A model generated the notes under the pieces. It saw only the letters and a list, made by a program, of their open reading frames with translations, was not told where the DNA came from and searched no databases. DNA of 64,000 nucleotides. Source: an uncultured Alphaproteobacteria bacterium. Lineage in GTDB: Bacteria > Pseudomonadota > Alphaproteobacteria > HIMB59 > GCA-002718135. Both the position numbers and the translations under genes were made by a program. Of the stretch, positions 28,204 through 36,884 are shown piece after piece (position 1 is the stretch's first letter; every line of letters starts with the position of its first letter). The DNA lies in the NCBI GenBank assembly GCA_902522865.1, contig CABYXC010000003.1, positions 33,672 to 97,671 on the forward strand, in the 5' to 3' direction.

Positions 28204-29339
28204 TTTTTATCTCCTAAAATTTGCATTAGAATTGCAAGCTCATTAAAACCAGTCCACTCTTTAATAATTTTATTATTTTTAATTTCCCATTGAGTGATTC
28301 CCCACAAATACACTTCTCTATTAGATGGTTGGCCATATGAGCCATTCCCTTTATGCGTTCCTACTGCGCCCCAACGAACCGATACTAAGTAACCATCTTT
28401 TGTATTTCCCATCCAGTATAAATCTTCAATACTGAGTGCAAGATCAGGAAACGAAGCTAAAAGTGATATTATAAATTTTCTTAATTGCAAAACTCCTTTA
28501 AATTTACGACCAGTTGAACCTTCAAATTCTACCTTACTAGAGTATGCTTTATTTATTGCAGAAAAGTTTCGTCTATTCCAAATTGTATCATAAACTGCAT
28601 GAACAAACTCTCTTACATTTGTAATTTTATCTGGAATATCAAAACTAATTGGTTTTAATTTGGTAATATTTCTTGTTGGTTTAGAGTTTTTAAAATGAGG
28701 AGCATAGGGCCCTGCAATTCCCTCATGAACAAGTTGCTTGGCAACTTGATTTAAATCTAATCCGAGTTGTTTAATTAAACCTGCTGTATCGTAAACAACA
28801 TTTTCATAATAAATTTCATTATTTTTTGCTACACAATTTGCAATACAAAATAATCTTACTTTTTTACCAGTTGGTGTAGAAAATTTGCTAAATCCTGTAT
28901 TTGTTCCAGTAATAATTGTTCTATGAGAAGTATGAAAACTTGCATTTTGATCTCCTGCCCAAATAACTTCATCTGCAAATAATCGAATATCTGGAAAGGC
29001 GTTGTTTGTGTGTATTGTATCAGCAACTATTTTTTCAGATCCAGATTGTAAACCAAACTCATCCCAAACTCTGCAATCTTTACTGTAGGTGTCATAGATA
29101 TAACCAATATTTTTTTCTTCCCATATTTGATACGTAATCCTTACAATATAATCAATTATATTTTTATACTGATCCTCAAACCCCTTCATTGATTGATGTT
29201 TAAGTTTTTTTGGTTTTGGATTTAATGATTTAGCTGTTCCTCCACCCCCGTATGCTTTTAATGAAATATCATAACTCTTAGGCATATGATGATCTTGAAG
29301 AGCTTCTGGTCTTTTATCTGTAATTTTATTAAATTTCAT
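28200..29339 (-). CDS. Tandem NTF2-like/SnoaL-type protein (two domains), paralog of 31584..32576
   Basis: Shares 'MKGF..Q(Y/F)K...DYI..ITYQIWE' and 'TG.K(V/L)....IA.C' with the paralog. The paralog begins at the equivalent of internal Met51, so an alternative start at 29189 would give about 329 aa. Confidence 0.55.
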   Translation of the reverse strand: MKFNKITDKRPEALQDHHMPKSYDISLKAYGGGGTAKSLNPKPKKLKHQSMKGFEDQYKNIIDYIVRITYQIWEEKNIGYIYDTYSKDCRVWDEFGLQSGSEKIVADTIHTNNAFPDIRLFADEVIWAGDQNASFHTSHRTIITGTNTGFSKFSTPTGKKVRLFCIANCVAKNNEIYYENVVYDTAGLIKQLGLDLNQVAKQLVHEGIAGPYAPHFKNSKPTRNITKLKPISFDIPDKITNVREFVHAVYDTIWNRRNFSAINKAYSSKVEFEGSTGRKFKGVLQLRKFIISLLASFPDLALSIEDLYWMGNTKDGYLVSVRWGAVGTHKGNGSYGQPSNREVYLWGITQWEIKNNKIIKEWTGFNELAILMQILGDKK

Positions 29340-29373
29340 AATTTGTATTTATATTGAGATACATTTAAAAATA

Positions 29374-29391
29374 TTTCAAAGCAATGAAATT
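29374..29391. promoter_or_regulatory. Candidate operator variant ATTTCA-AAGCAA-TGAAAT
   Basis: Perfect 6-N6-6 palindrome, 35 nt upstream of the minus-strand start at 29339. Confidence 0.45.
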
Positions 29392-29393
29392 TT

Positions 29394-29411
29394 ATTCAAA
29401 AAAATGAATAT
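29394..29411. promoter_or_regulatory. Candidate operator TATTCA-AAAAAA-TGAATA
   Basis: Perfect 6-N6-6 palindrome, 36 nt upstream of the plus-strand start at 29447. Its centre is 20 bp from the neighbouring site. Confidence 0.5.
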
Positions 29412-29446
29412 TGTCTTTTTTAGTTTATTAATATAATCAAAATGAA

Positions 29447-30451
29447 ATGACTGATCTCCAAGCAGAAAAAAAATTAGTATTAGATTATTTCAATGAAATA
29501 GATAGTTGCAACATTGATTCATTATCTGAAGTGATATCCAAATACACATCAGAAGATTTTAGTATGAAATGCACACATCCGTTTAACGAATTAGGCAGTA
29601 TAGATCTTGTTGCTAATGATCTTTGGAAACCAATTAAAAATTCATTTTCACCTATACAACGTCGATTAGATATATTTTATGCTGGGATAAATTCACTAGA
29701 TAAAAATAAAGGGAAATGGATCTCCAGTATGGGTCATTTCATGGGTGTTTTCAATAAACCGTTTGTAGGTCTTAAACCAAATTATAAATCTATTTTATTA
29801 AGATTTGCTGAATTTTATAAAGTGGAGAATAATAAAATTACTGAAGGAGCGATTTTTTTAGATGTAATGAATTTAATGCAGCAACTAGGTCTTTCTATAA
29901 TTCCTGAATCTACAGGTCTTGTTTGTGTAACGCCAGGACCAATGAATCATAAAGGTCTAAAATTTGATATTTCTAATAAAAGTGAAAGTCAAAAAACATT
30001 AGATTTAATTCATAGAATGCGTGATCGACTTGTTAAAGGATCTAAAATGCAATCTTATAAAGAAGAATTAGAATTAGATTGGCATGATGACATGATTTGG
30101 TGGGGACCGGGAGGAATAGGAGCTTCATATACTATTGATGGTTATCAAAAAGGTCACACAAAACCATTTCAAGATGGCTTAGAGTTTGTTCGTTTCAATG
30201 GACACATACTTAGTAGCTCTGAAGATGATCTAGGTGGTTGGTTTGGTTGGCCAAATTTAATTATGAAACCTAAAGGAGAATATTTAGGATTAACAAATGC
30301 AAGTGATATTGAATCAGAAATGAGAGTTGTAGATTTATATCGAAGAGATGGAGATAGACTGGCCGAAAACTGGATCTTTATTGATCATTTACATTTTTTA
30401 AAAAAACTAGGAGTGGATCTTTTAGAAAGAGCAAAATTTTTAAATCAGTAA
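29447..30451 (+). CDS. Tandem NTF2-like/SnoaL-type protein, paralog of 33651..34748
   Basis: The C-terminal half ('DWHDDMIWWGPGGIG...ENWIFIDHLHFLKKLGVD') parallels the 139-aa protein and the C-half of 33651..34748. Confidence 0.5.
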   Translation: MTDLQAEKKLVLDYFNEIDSCNIDSLSEVISKYTSEDFSMKCTHPFNELGSIDLVANDLWKPIKNSFSPIQRRLDIFYAGINSLDKNKGKWISSMGHFMGVFNKPFVGLKPNYKSILLRFAEFYKVENNKITEGAIFLDVMNLMQQLGLSIIPESTGLVCVTPGPMNHKGLKFDISNKSESQKTLDLIHRMRDRLVKGSKMQSYKEELELDWHDDMIWWGPGGIGASYTIDGYQKGHTKPFQDGLEFVRFNGHILSSSEDDLGGWFGWPNLIMKPKGEYLGLTNASDIESEMRVVDLYRRDGDRLAENWIFIDHLHFLKKLGVDLLERAKFLNQ

Positions 30452-31579
30452 TTAGATAACTTTTGAGGCAAGTTTAGTGCCCTCAACTAATGCTTGGAGC
30501 TTTTCATAACAAATTTTTTCATCAATTTTTCCAAAACCAGCAAATGTACTAAAACCACAATCTGTCCCTGCCATTAATTGATCTTTTGGAATGACTGTAG
30601 AAAACTGAATTAATCTATCTGCAACAACTTCTGGATGTTCAACAAAATTAGAGGTTGAGTCGATTACACCAGGTACTAGGACTTTATCTTTTGGTAACTT
30701 TATATCTTGAAAAACTTTCCATTCATGTGCGTGCCTAGGATTAGAAGATTCAATGAGAAAGTATTTTACCTTTGATTTCAAAATTATAGGTAATATTTTC
30801 TCTAGAGCAATATCATGTGTGTGGGGTCCTTCATAATTGCCCCAACATATATGCATTCTAGTTTGCTCAACATCTACATTAGATAATGCTGAGTTTAGGC
30901 ATTCAATTTGCAGCTCTGCACGTTTAATAAACTCATCTTCAGATAAATTTTTAAAATTCATATGTCTTGCTAAAGCAAGGTCTGGGCAATCTAATTGAAC
31001 TTGGATATCTGATTTTGTTATTAGCTCATATTCTTTAGCCATAATATTAGATAATTTATCCAAATATTCATCTTCGGTACTATAAAATTTATTTGGCATA
31101 AAAACATTTATGACACCAGGTGATGCTGAGTTCATAAATGCATGTCGGTGATTAAGTTTATCAAGTGAATTTTTAAAATTATTTATATCGTGTAGAAGAG
31201 ACGTTTCATCTTTTACTTTTAATTCGTTTGTACAACATGGTCTGGTATAAGTTGGCGTACCACCACTTTTAGCAATCTTTTCTTTGTATTCTGGAAAATC
31301 ATCAAGATCAGCAGGTGCTCTTCTTTCGCTTTCACCTGAGAATCCATCAATTCTATCTTTAATGTAAGTAGCATAACTAATTTTACTCATCTCGCCATCA
31401 CTGACAAAATCAATTCCAACATCAAGTTGTTTCTTCACCACACTTTCGACGTTGTTTTTTAATACTTCATCAAAACTACTTTGACTGAAATTTTCACCTT
31501 TATCTTTTGCAAATAAAAATTCTGAAAGTTCTTTTGATCTAGGAAGGCTTCCAACATGTGTTGTCAAAATATTAGACAT
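30452..31579 (-). CDS. MetE-like protein (cobalamin-independent methionine synthase II family, Zn alkyl-transferase fold)
   Basis: 'TTHVGSLPRS' N-terminus; likely Zn ligands 'HICWGNYEGPH' and 'GTDCGFSTF'. Its stop directly abuts the convergent gene (30451/30452). Confidence 0.7.
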   Translation of the reverse strand: MSNILTTHVGSLPRSKELSEFLFAKDKGENFSQSSFDEVLKNNVESVVKKQLDVGIDFVSDGEMSKISYATYIKDRIDGFSGESERRAPADLDDFPEYKEKIAKSGGTPTYTRPCCTNELKVKDETSLLHDINNFKNSLDKLNHRHAFMNSASPGVINVFMPNKFYSTEDEYLDKLSNIMAKEYELITKSDIQVQLDCPDLALARHMNFKNLSEDEFIKRAELQIECLNSALSNVDVEQTRMHICWGNYEGPHTHDIALEKILPIILKSKVKYFLIESSNPRHAHEWKVFQDIKLPKDKVLVPGVIDSTSNFVEHPEVVADRLIQFSTVIPKDQLMAGTDCGFSTFAGFGKIDEKICYEKLQALVEGTKLASKVI

Positions 31580-31583
31580 TAAA

Positions 31584-32576
31584 TTAACCTGTTTTTAATA
31601 AAATCTGTTTCCAGATCATGGTTTCATCATAGAGAACCCATTCATTTTTAATACCTCTTGCTCCAAATTCTACATGATTAATACCCATTATATAAATTTT
31701 CGAATTAGAGGCTTTCCCAAAAAGACCATCTCCTTCATGTTTACCTACTATAGACCATCGTACTGAGGCTTTTTTAGGTTCATATTTTTCTTCAGTAAAA
31801 GCAATGTGCTCGACTGAGAACAATGCGTTAGGAAAAGCATTTCTTAATTGTTTCCAAAATTTTATTACCTCATCTCTACCATAGTGAGTTTTTCCCCCTG
31901 GTTGAAATTGCTGTATGGCTCTGTCATAACTATCATTTATTGTTTTCTGTAAATTGATGTTCATAATAGAGGTTAAGATATTTGCATATAATTCTCCAAT
32001 GTTACCAGATGCTAATGTAGGAGATTTATAAATTGATTTAACAGGTGTATTTTCATCAAAGGGTTTACTAGCTTTTTCAGGACCACCCTCGTCTTTAATA
32101 AGATTGCTTGCAAATTTCTTGGGGTCAATTCCAATTTGTCTCACAATTGCTCCTTGATCTCTCACAAGCCACTCATCATAAACTTGATTATTCATACATG
32201 CACAATCAGCAATAGTGCGGTAATACAGTTTTTTTCCTGTCGCTTTCCCATAAATCCCATCAACAGAATGAGTAGAGGTTGATAAAATGCGGTGTGATGA
32301 AAAATATCCCTCTTCATCACTTCCTGTCCAAATTACATCTTCACCTAAAAGTGTTCTGTCGGGAAATAGTTTTTTACTAGCATAAGTACTTTCTATTACC
32401 GGGTCTGCACCATAAATTACTCCAGATGGAGATCTTGTAGGTGTTGGAAGATTTACGTTTGGGGTATCAGCATAATAATCTCTTATTGCTTCAACATCGT
32501 TGTTTTCCCAAATTTGATATGTGATCTTTAAAATATAATCAGGAAAATCTTTGAATTGTGCATCAAATCCTTTCAT
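31584..32576 (-). CDS. Tandem NTF2-like/SnoaL-type protein, paralog of 28200..29339
   Basis: 330 aa with 'DYILKITYQIWENN' and a second domain ending 'NEWVLYDETMIWKQI'. Confidence 0.55.
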   Translation of the reverse strand: MKGFDAQFKDFPDYILKITYQIWENNDVEAIRDYYADTPNVNLPTPTRSPSGVIYGADPVIESTYASKKLFPDRTLLGEDVIWTGSDEEGYFSSHRILSTSTHSVDGIYGKATGKKLYYRTIADCACMNNQVYDEWLVRDQGAIVRQIGIDPKKFASNLIKDEGGPEKASKPFDENTPVKSIYKSPTLASGNIGELYANILTSIMNINLQKTINDSYDRAIQQFQPGGKTHYGRDEVIKFWKQLRNAFPNALFSVEHIAFTEEKYEPKKASVRWSIVGKHEGDGLFGKASNSKIYIMGINHVEFGARGIKNEWVLYDETMIWKQILLKTG

Positions 32577-32587
32577 ATAATTAATAT

Positions 32588-33559
32588 TTAATTAGTTTGT
32601 CGTATTATAAATAAATTACCATCATGATTACTTATCTGTCTTATTGAACGAAGTGAATTTTTTGGAACAGAAAAAGTATCTTTTTCTTTAATTACAACTT
32701 TGTCTCCATCACAATCTATTTCCCATTCACCAGATAAACAATGATACACTTCTGATTTCTCCAGTTTGTATTCATGTATATGAGCACTCTTGCCGTTGAG
32801 AAGTGAAAGGCTAAAACCTGTTGCATGCGGTATATTAGGGGTAAAAGATTTATCATGAATTTGAAACTGATCAATGTAGTTGATAATTTTATTAGATTGA
32901 TAGTGATCATCATCGACAAAATATTTATCTTTATCATTAAATCGAATAACAAACTTTTCTATGTCTTCTGAAGAGTAATGATCGAAACTCTCTAATTCAT
33001 TATCTTCTAGTGGCTGAATAATTTTAGTTTCATCTGTTATTTTCTGTTTCTGTGTGTCGATTAAAGAATTATCATTCATTAATACCATGCCAGATTCTTT
33101 TGCATCTTTTAAAAGTTTAGGTGTCCAAGTAATAACACCTGGATCATTTTCACCTAACACAACAAACATTAAAGCTTCTTCATCACTTACATTTTGAAAA
33201 CCTCTGAACATGTTTGTGGGAAAAGAAGCGATGTCACCTTTTTTTAGTATTACTTCTCCTTCTGTGCCATCAACACCCCAATAAAAACGCCAGGCACCTG
33301 AGTGAATTATAAAAACTTCTGCTGTTGTGTGACTATGTAATCCAGAGCCATTCATCGGCGCAGCACTGACAGCACCAATATTAAAGCCATGTTCTTCAGC
33401 TATTTTAACATTTTGTTTAGCATCTTCACTTACACCAGGTCCTATAACTGAATAATTTTTCCTATCTTGATGACCTTTTAGTTTTCCCTCAACAAATGGT
33501 ATATTACTAGGAATAAGTTCATCGAATTTGGCTAATCTAGATGTAATATTAATTGACAT
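32588..33559 (-). CDS. Bicupin protein (two cupin barrels)
   Basis: The N-domain 'GSGLHSHTTAEVFIIHSG' fits G-x5-HxH-x3-E. The C-domain has 'HIHEYKLEKSEVYHCLSGEW'. Confidence 0.55.
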   Translation of the reverse strand: MSINITSRLAKFDELIPSNIPFVEGKLKGHQDRKNYSVIGPGVSEDAKQNVKIAEEHGFNIGAVSAAPMNGSGLHSHTTAEVFIIHSGAWRFYWGVDGTEGEVILKKGDIASFPTNMFRGFQNVSDEEALMFVVLGENDPGVITWTPKLLKDAKESGMVLMNDNSLIDTQKQKITDETKIIQPLEDNELESFDHYSSEDIEKFVIRFNDKDKYFVDDDHYQSNKIINYIDQFQIHDKSFTPNIPHATGFSLSLLNGKSAHIHEYKLEKSEVYHCLSGEWEIDCDGDKVVIKEKDTFSVPKNSLRSIRQISNHDGNLFIIRQTN

Positions 33560-33574
33560 ATTGTAATGATCTTT

Positions 33575-33593
33575 TATTCATTTTTTTTGAATA
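33575..33593. promoter_or_regulatory. Candidate operator variant TATTCA-TTTTTTT-TGAATA (N7 spacer)
   Basis: Perfect arms, 16 nt upstream of the bicupin start at 33559. Confidence 0.4.
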
Positions 33594-33594
33594 T

Positions 33595-33612
33595 TATTCA
33601 AAATAATGAATA
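33595..33612. promoter_or_regulatory. Candidate operator TATTCA-AAATAA-TGAATA
   Basis: Perfect 6-N6-6 palindrome, 39 nt upstream of the start at 33651. Its centre is about 19.5 bp from the neighbouring site. Confidence 0.5.
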
Positions 33613-33650
33613 AATCAATTATTATTTAACAATAGTGTTATTAAATTATT

Positions 33651-34748
33651 ATGGCAAATAAAATACAAAACTTTGATACAGGTGAGAAAGATAACTCAAA
33701 CATAATTCATTTAGATCTTGATCCAAAGATAAATATTGAAAACAAAATATATTTTAAAAATTTATTAAAAAAAATTACCGAGTGCTCTTTAGATAATTTA
33801 GAAGAAAATCTTGAAAATTTATATCATGTAGATGCTGAGTTTAATGGATTTCATCCAATTAATGAAATTAAAGGAATTGAAGAAATAAAAAATAAATATT
33901 TAATACCTCTAAAGAAGGCATTCCCCGATCTCGAAAGAAGAAATAATCTAGTTATTGGAGGAGCATTTAGAGATAAAGTTTTTGTTTCATTTATTAGTCA
34001 TTTAACTGGAACTTTTAAAAATGAGTGGTTGGGCGTAAAGCCGACTAACAAAACAATTTATCTTAGAACATGTGAAGCGCATCAGATTACAAATAATAAA
34101 ATAATAAAATCCTATACATTAATTGATACTGTAGATTTTATCCGTCAGGCTGGATATTGGCCTATAAATAAATCTCTTGGGGTAGAAGGGATGTGGCCTA
34201 GTCCAATCACAGGTGATGGAGAAAATAATCAAAATTTAGATAAGGAACTGTCTCTTCGATCTTTGAATCAAGATTTAACCATGCAAAGAAGTTTAAATAT
34301 TAAACCCGAGACTGAGCCAGGTCTATCAAAAGATCAAATAAGGGAGAAATTAATTAATCATCCTCAACAAGATTATTGGCATCCAAAAATGATGTGGTAT
34401 GGGCCAAGTGGTATAGGTACAGCTAGAGGTTTAGATGGTTTTATTGATCATCATCAACTCCCATTTAGACTTACATTCAAGGACAGAGATTATTGGAAAA
34501 TCGGTCATTATATTGAAATTGGAGATGGAAATTATTCTATGACTGGTGGTTGGCATAGTATTCAGTGTGTTCATGGATCAAGTGATTGGCTAGGATATAA
34601 ACCTACTCAAAAAAAAATAACAATGAGAGTCATGGATTTTTATTTACATCATGAAGGGTTAATTAGAGAAAATTGGGTTCCAATCGATATAGCACACATA
34701 TTAGATCAAATAGGCATTGATATCTTTAAATTAATTCATAAAAAATAA
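33651..34748 (+). CDS. Tandem NTF2-like/SnoaL-type protein, paralog of 29447..30451
   Basis: 365 aa. The C-half '[15 protein letters not shown]...[18 protein letters not shown]' parallels the paralog. Confidence 0.5.
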   Translation: MANKIQNFDTGEKDNSNIIHLDLDPKINIENKIYFKNLLKKITECSLDNLEENLENLYHVDAEFNGFHPINEIKGIEEIKNKYLIPLKKAFPDLERRNNLVIGGAFRDKVFVSFISHLTGTFKNEWLGVKPTNKTIYLRTCEAHQITNNKIIKSYTLIDTVDFIRQAGYWPINKSLGVEGMWPSPITGDGENNQNLDKELSLRSLNQDLTMQRSLNIKPETEPGLSKDQIREKLINHPQQDYWHPKMMWYGPSGIGTARGLDGFIDHHQLPFRLTFKDRDYWKIGHYIEIGDGNYSMTGGWHSIQCVHGSSDWLGYKPTQKKITMRVMDFYLHHEGLIRENWVPIDIAHILDQIGIDIFKLIHKK

Positions 34749-34750
34749 TT

Positions 34751-36070
34751 ATGGCAATTGAATATTTAAAAAAAGGTTTAGATGAAAAACAAAGAATTGA
34801 AGATAATGATAAAGTAAAAAAAATTGTTGAGGAAACGTTAAGTAAAATTGAATCAGAAGGTGATAAATATGTTAGAGAGTTATCTCAAAAATTTGATAAC
34901 TATTCTCCAGATAGTTTTAGATTAAGTGAAGATCAAATAAATCAATTAATGAGTGAAGTCTCTGATCATGACAAAGAAGATATTAAATTTGCTCAAAAAC
35001 AAGTGCGATCATTTGCGGAAGCACAACTTAAAACTTTAAGTGAATTAGAAGTAGAAACGCATCCAGGCGTTATTCTTGGTCATAAGAATATACCAGTGCA
35101 AGCAGTTGGATGTTATGTACCTGCTGGAAAATTCCCAATGGTAGCTTCTGCTCATATGTCAGTTGTTACTGCCTCTGTTGCTGGGGTTCCAAGAATTGTT
35201 GCTACTACGCCACCTTTTAAAGGTAAGCCAAATCCAGCTGTCGTTACAGCAATGAAAATGGGCGGTGCTCACGAAATTTATGTTTTGGGAGGAATGCAAG
35301 GAGTTGGTGCTATGGCTATAGGTACAGAAACTATTAAACCTGTAGATATGCTTGTTGGACCTGGCAATGCATTTGTTGCTGAAGCAAAAAGACAATTGTA
35401 TGGCAAAGTTGGTATCGATTTATTTGCTGGTCCAACTGAAACAATGGTTATTGCAGATGAAACTGTTGATGGTGAAATATGTGCAACAGACTTATTAGGA
35501 CAAGCCGAACATGGATATAATTCTCCTGCTGTGATGATAACAAACTCAAGAAAACTTGCAGAAGAAACATTTAAAGAAATTGATAGAATTTTAGAAATTT
35601 TACCTACTAAAGAAACAGCAAGTACAAGCTGGAGAGATTATGGAGAAATAATTTTATGTGATACCTATGAGGAGATGTTATCTAAAGCAAATGAAATAGC
35701 TTCAGAGCATGTTCAAGTTATGACAAAAAAAGATGATTGGTTTTTAGAAAAAATGACATCTTATGGTGCTTTATTTTTGGGTGCTAGAACTAATGTTGCT
35801 AATGGTGATAAAGTTATAGGCACTAACCATACTCTTCCTACTAAAAAAGCTGGAAGATATACTGGTGGTTTGTGGGTTGGTAAGTTCATTAAAACCCACA
35901 CTTATCAAAAGATTACAACCGATGAAGCAGCTACACTTATTGGAGAATATGGATCTAGACTTTCACACCTTGAAGGATTTATTGGTCACGCTGAACAATG
36001 TAACGTTAGAGTGAGAAGATATGGGAAAAAAAATGTTGGATATGGAAAACCAGCAGGAGAAAAAATTTAG
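34751..36070 (+). CDS. Histidinol-dehydrogenase-family NAD-dependent dehydrogenase; candidate sulfopropanediol 3-dehydrogenase (HpsN-like) rather than housekeeping HisD
   Basis: HisD-family motifs '[29 protein letters not shown]' and 'LLGQAEHG'. It has '[15 protein letters not shown]' where HisD has, from memory, a YVPGG..YPSS-type motif. It sits in a non-his context, 2 nt after an NTF2-like gene. Confidence 0.6.
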   Translation: MAIEYLKKGLDEKQRIEDNDKVKKIVEETLSKIESEGDKYVRELSQKFDNYSPDSFRLSEDQINQLMSEVSDHDKEDIKFAQKQVRSFAEAQLKTLSELEVETHPGVILGHKNIPVQAVGCYVPAGKFPMVASAHMSVVTASVAGVPRIVATTPPFKGKPNPAVVTAMKMGGAHEIYVLGGMQGVGAMAIGTETIKPVDMLVGPGNAFVAEAKRQLYGKVGIDLFAGPTETMVIADETVDGEICATDLLGQAEHGYNSPAVMITNSRKLAEETFKEIDRILEILPTKETASTSWRDYGEIILCDTYEEMLSKANEIASEHVQVMTKKDDWFLEKMTSYGALFLGARTNVANGDKVIGTNHTLPTKKAGRYTGGLWVGKFIKTHTYQKITTDEAATLIGEYGSRLSHLEGFIGHAEQCNVRVRRYGKKNVGYGKPAGEKI

Positions 36071-36071
36071 C

Positions 36072-36467
36072 TTATTTTAATTCCCCTTTAACTCTCATTT
36101 CATTTCTAATTTTTGTTGCCGAGATATCATGTATTTCTTTTCCTAAATCATGTTCTGTAAATGAATAACCAACTCCTCTTCCATAAGAAATATCAATAAT
36201 GTTTGGAACTTTAACAACTACATATTCTTTTCCATCAGTAAAACCATGTTGAGCTAAACCTTCATTAATTTTTGCTTTTACTTCTTCAAATTGAAATGGA
36301 TTGTCAGCTTGACCTTCTACACCTGCATCTACACCTCCCACGTCACGATACATAATACATACCTGACCTGTTTTCTGAAGTGCTCTTTTAAATAATTCTG
36401 TATGTCCGTCATGCCATGGTTGCCATCTACCTAACATTTGTACTGTTGGTTTTTTCCAATCAAACAT
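36072..36467 (-). CDS. Small nucleotidyltransferase-fold protein (cytidylyl/adenylyl-transferase-like, HxGH motif)
   Basis: 131 aa. 'GRWQPWHDGHTELFKRAL' matches the (T/H)xGH signature, and there is a C-terminal 'ISATKIR' motif. Confidence 0.5.
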   Translation of the reverse strand: MFDWKKPTVQMLGRWQPWHDGHTELFKRALQKTGQVCIMYRDVGGVDAGVEGQADNPFQFEEVKAKINEGLAQHGFTDGKEYVVVKVPNIIDISYGRGVGYSFTEHDLGKEIHDISATKIRNEMRVKGELK

Positions 36468-36873
36468 TTTTAATCTCCTTTGCTAGATTTTCTATTTCTT
36501 CATCTAATAAAAATTTAGTTATTTTAATGTCAGTTTTATTTGGTTGTTCAAACATTTTATTTGTATCTTCAAACCTACCTTCTTTAATAGTATCCAGCCA
36601 GATAACAAAATCAGGCTCAAAAGCTTCTCTTGCTTTTTCAGTTGGTGCTACGAAGTCACAAATTACCCATCTTCCATTTTGTTTTTCGAAATCGGCAAAT
36701 GTTTTCATTCTATTGGCTTGTCGTATTCTACCTTCCATCGTAAAATCCCAATCGTTTGCTGACTTCCTGACTACATCTGCGTTATACCAAGCACAATTAT
36801 CAATTACTTTAATAAGCCTTTCAGCTAACCAAGTTTTGCCAGCACCAGGAAGACCACAAATAAGTATTTTCAT
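36460..36873 (-). CDS. Short P-loop kinase, adenylyl-sulfate (APS) kinase-like
   Basis: 137 aa. Walker A 'GLPGAGKT'; 'YNADVVRKSANDWDFTMEGRIRQANRM...VICDFVAPT' aligns by eye to the CysC core 'LDGDNVR..L..DLGFS..DR.ENIRR...VI..FISP'. 8-nt overlap (ATGTTTGA) with the downstream gene. Confidence 0.45.
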   Translation of the reverse strand: MKILICGLPGAGKTWLAERLIKVIDNCAWYNADVVRKSANDWDFTMEGRIRQANRMKTFADFEKQNGRWVICDFVAPTEKAREAFEPDFVIWLDTIKEGRFEDTNKMFEQPNKTDIKITKFLLDEEIENLAKEIKNV

Positions 36874-36884
36874 ATGATTATAAT

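Noticed and set aside
36416-36877. 153-aa plus-strand ORF spanning the nucleotidyltransferase/APS-kinase-like genes
   Set aside because: It lies entirely antisense to two minus-strand genes that have recognisable motifs. Its translation is low-complexity (S/F/L/I-rich), typical of a shadow ORF in AT-rich DNA.
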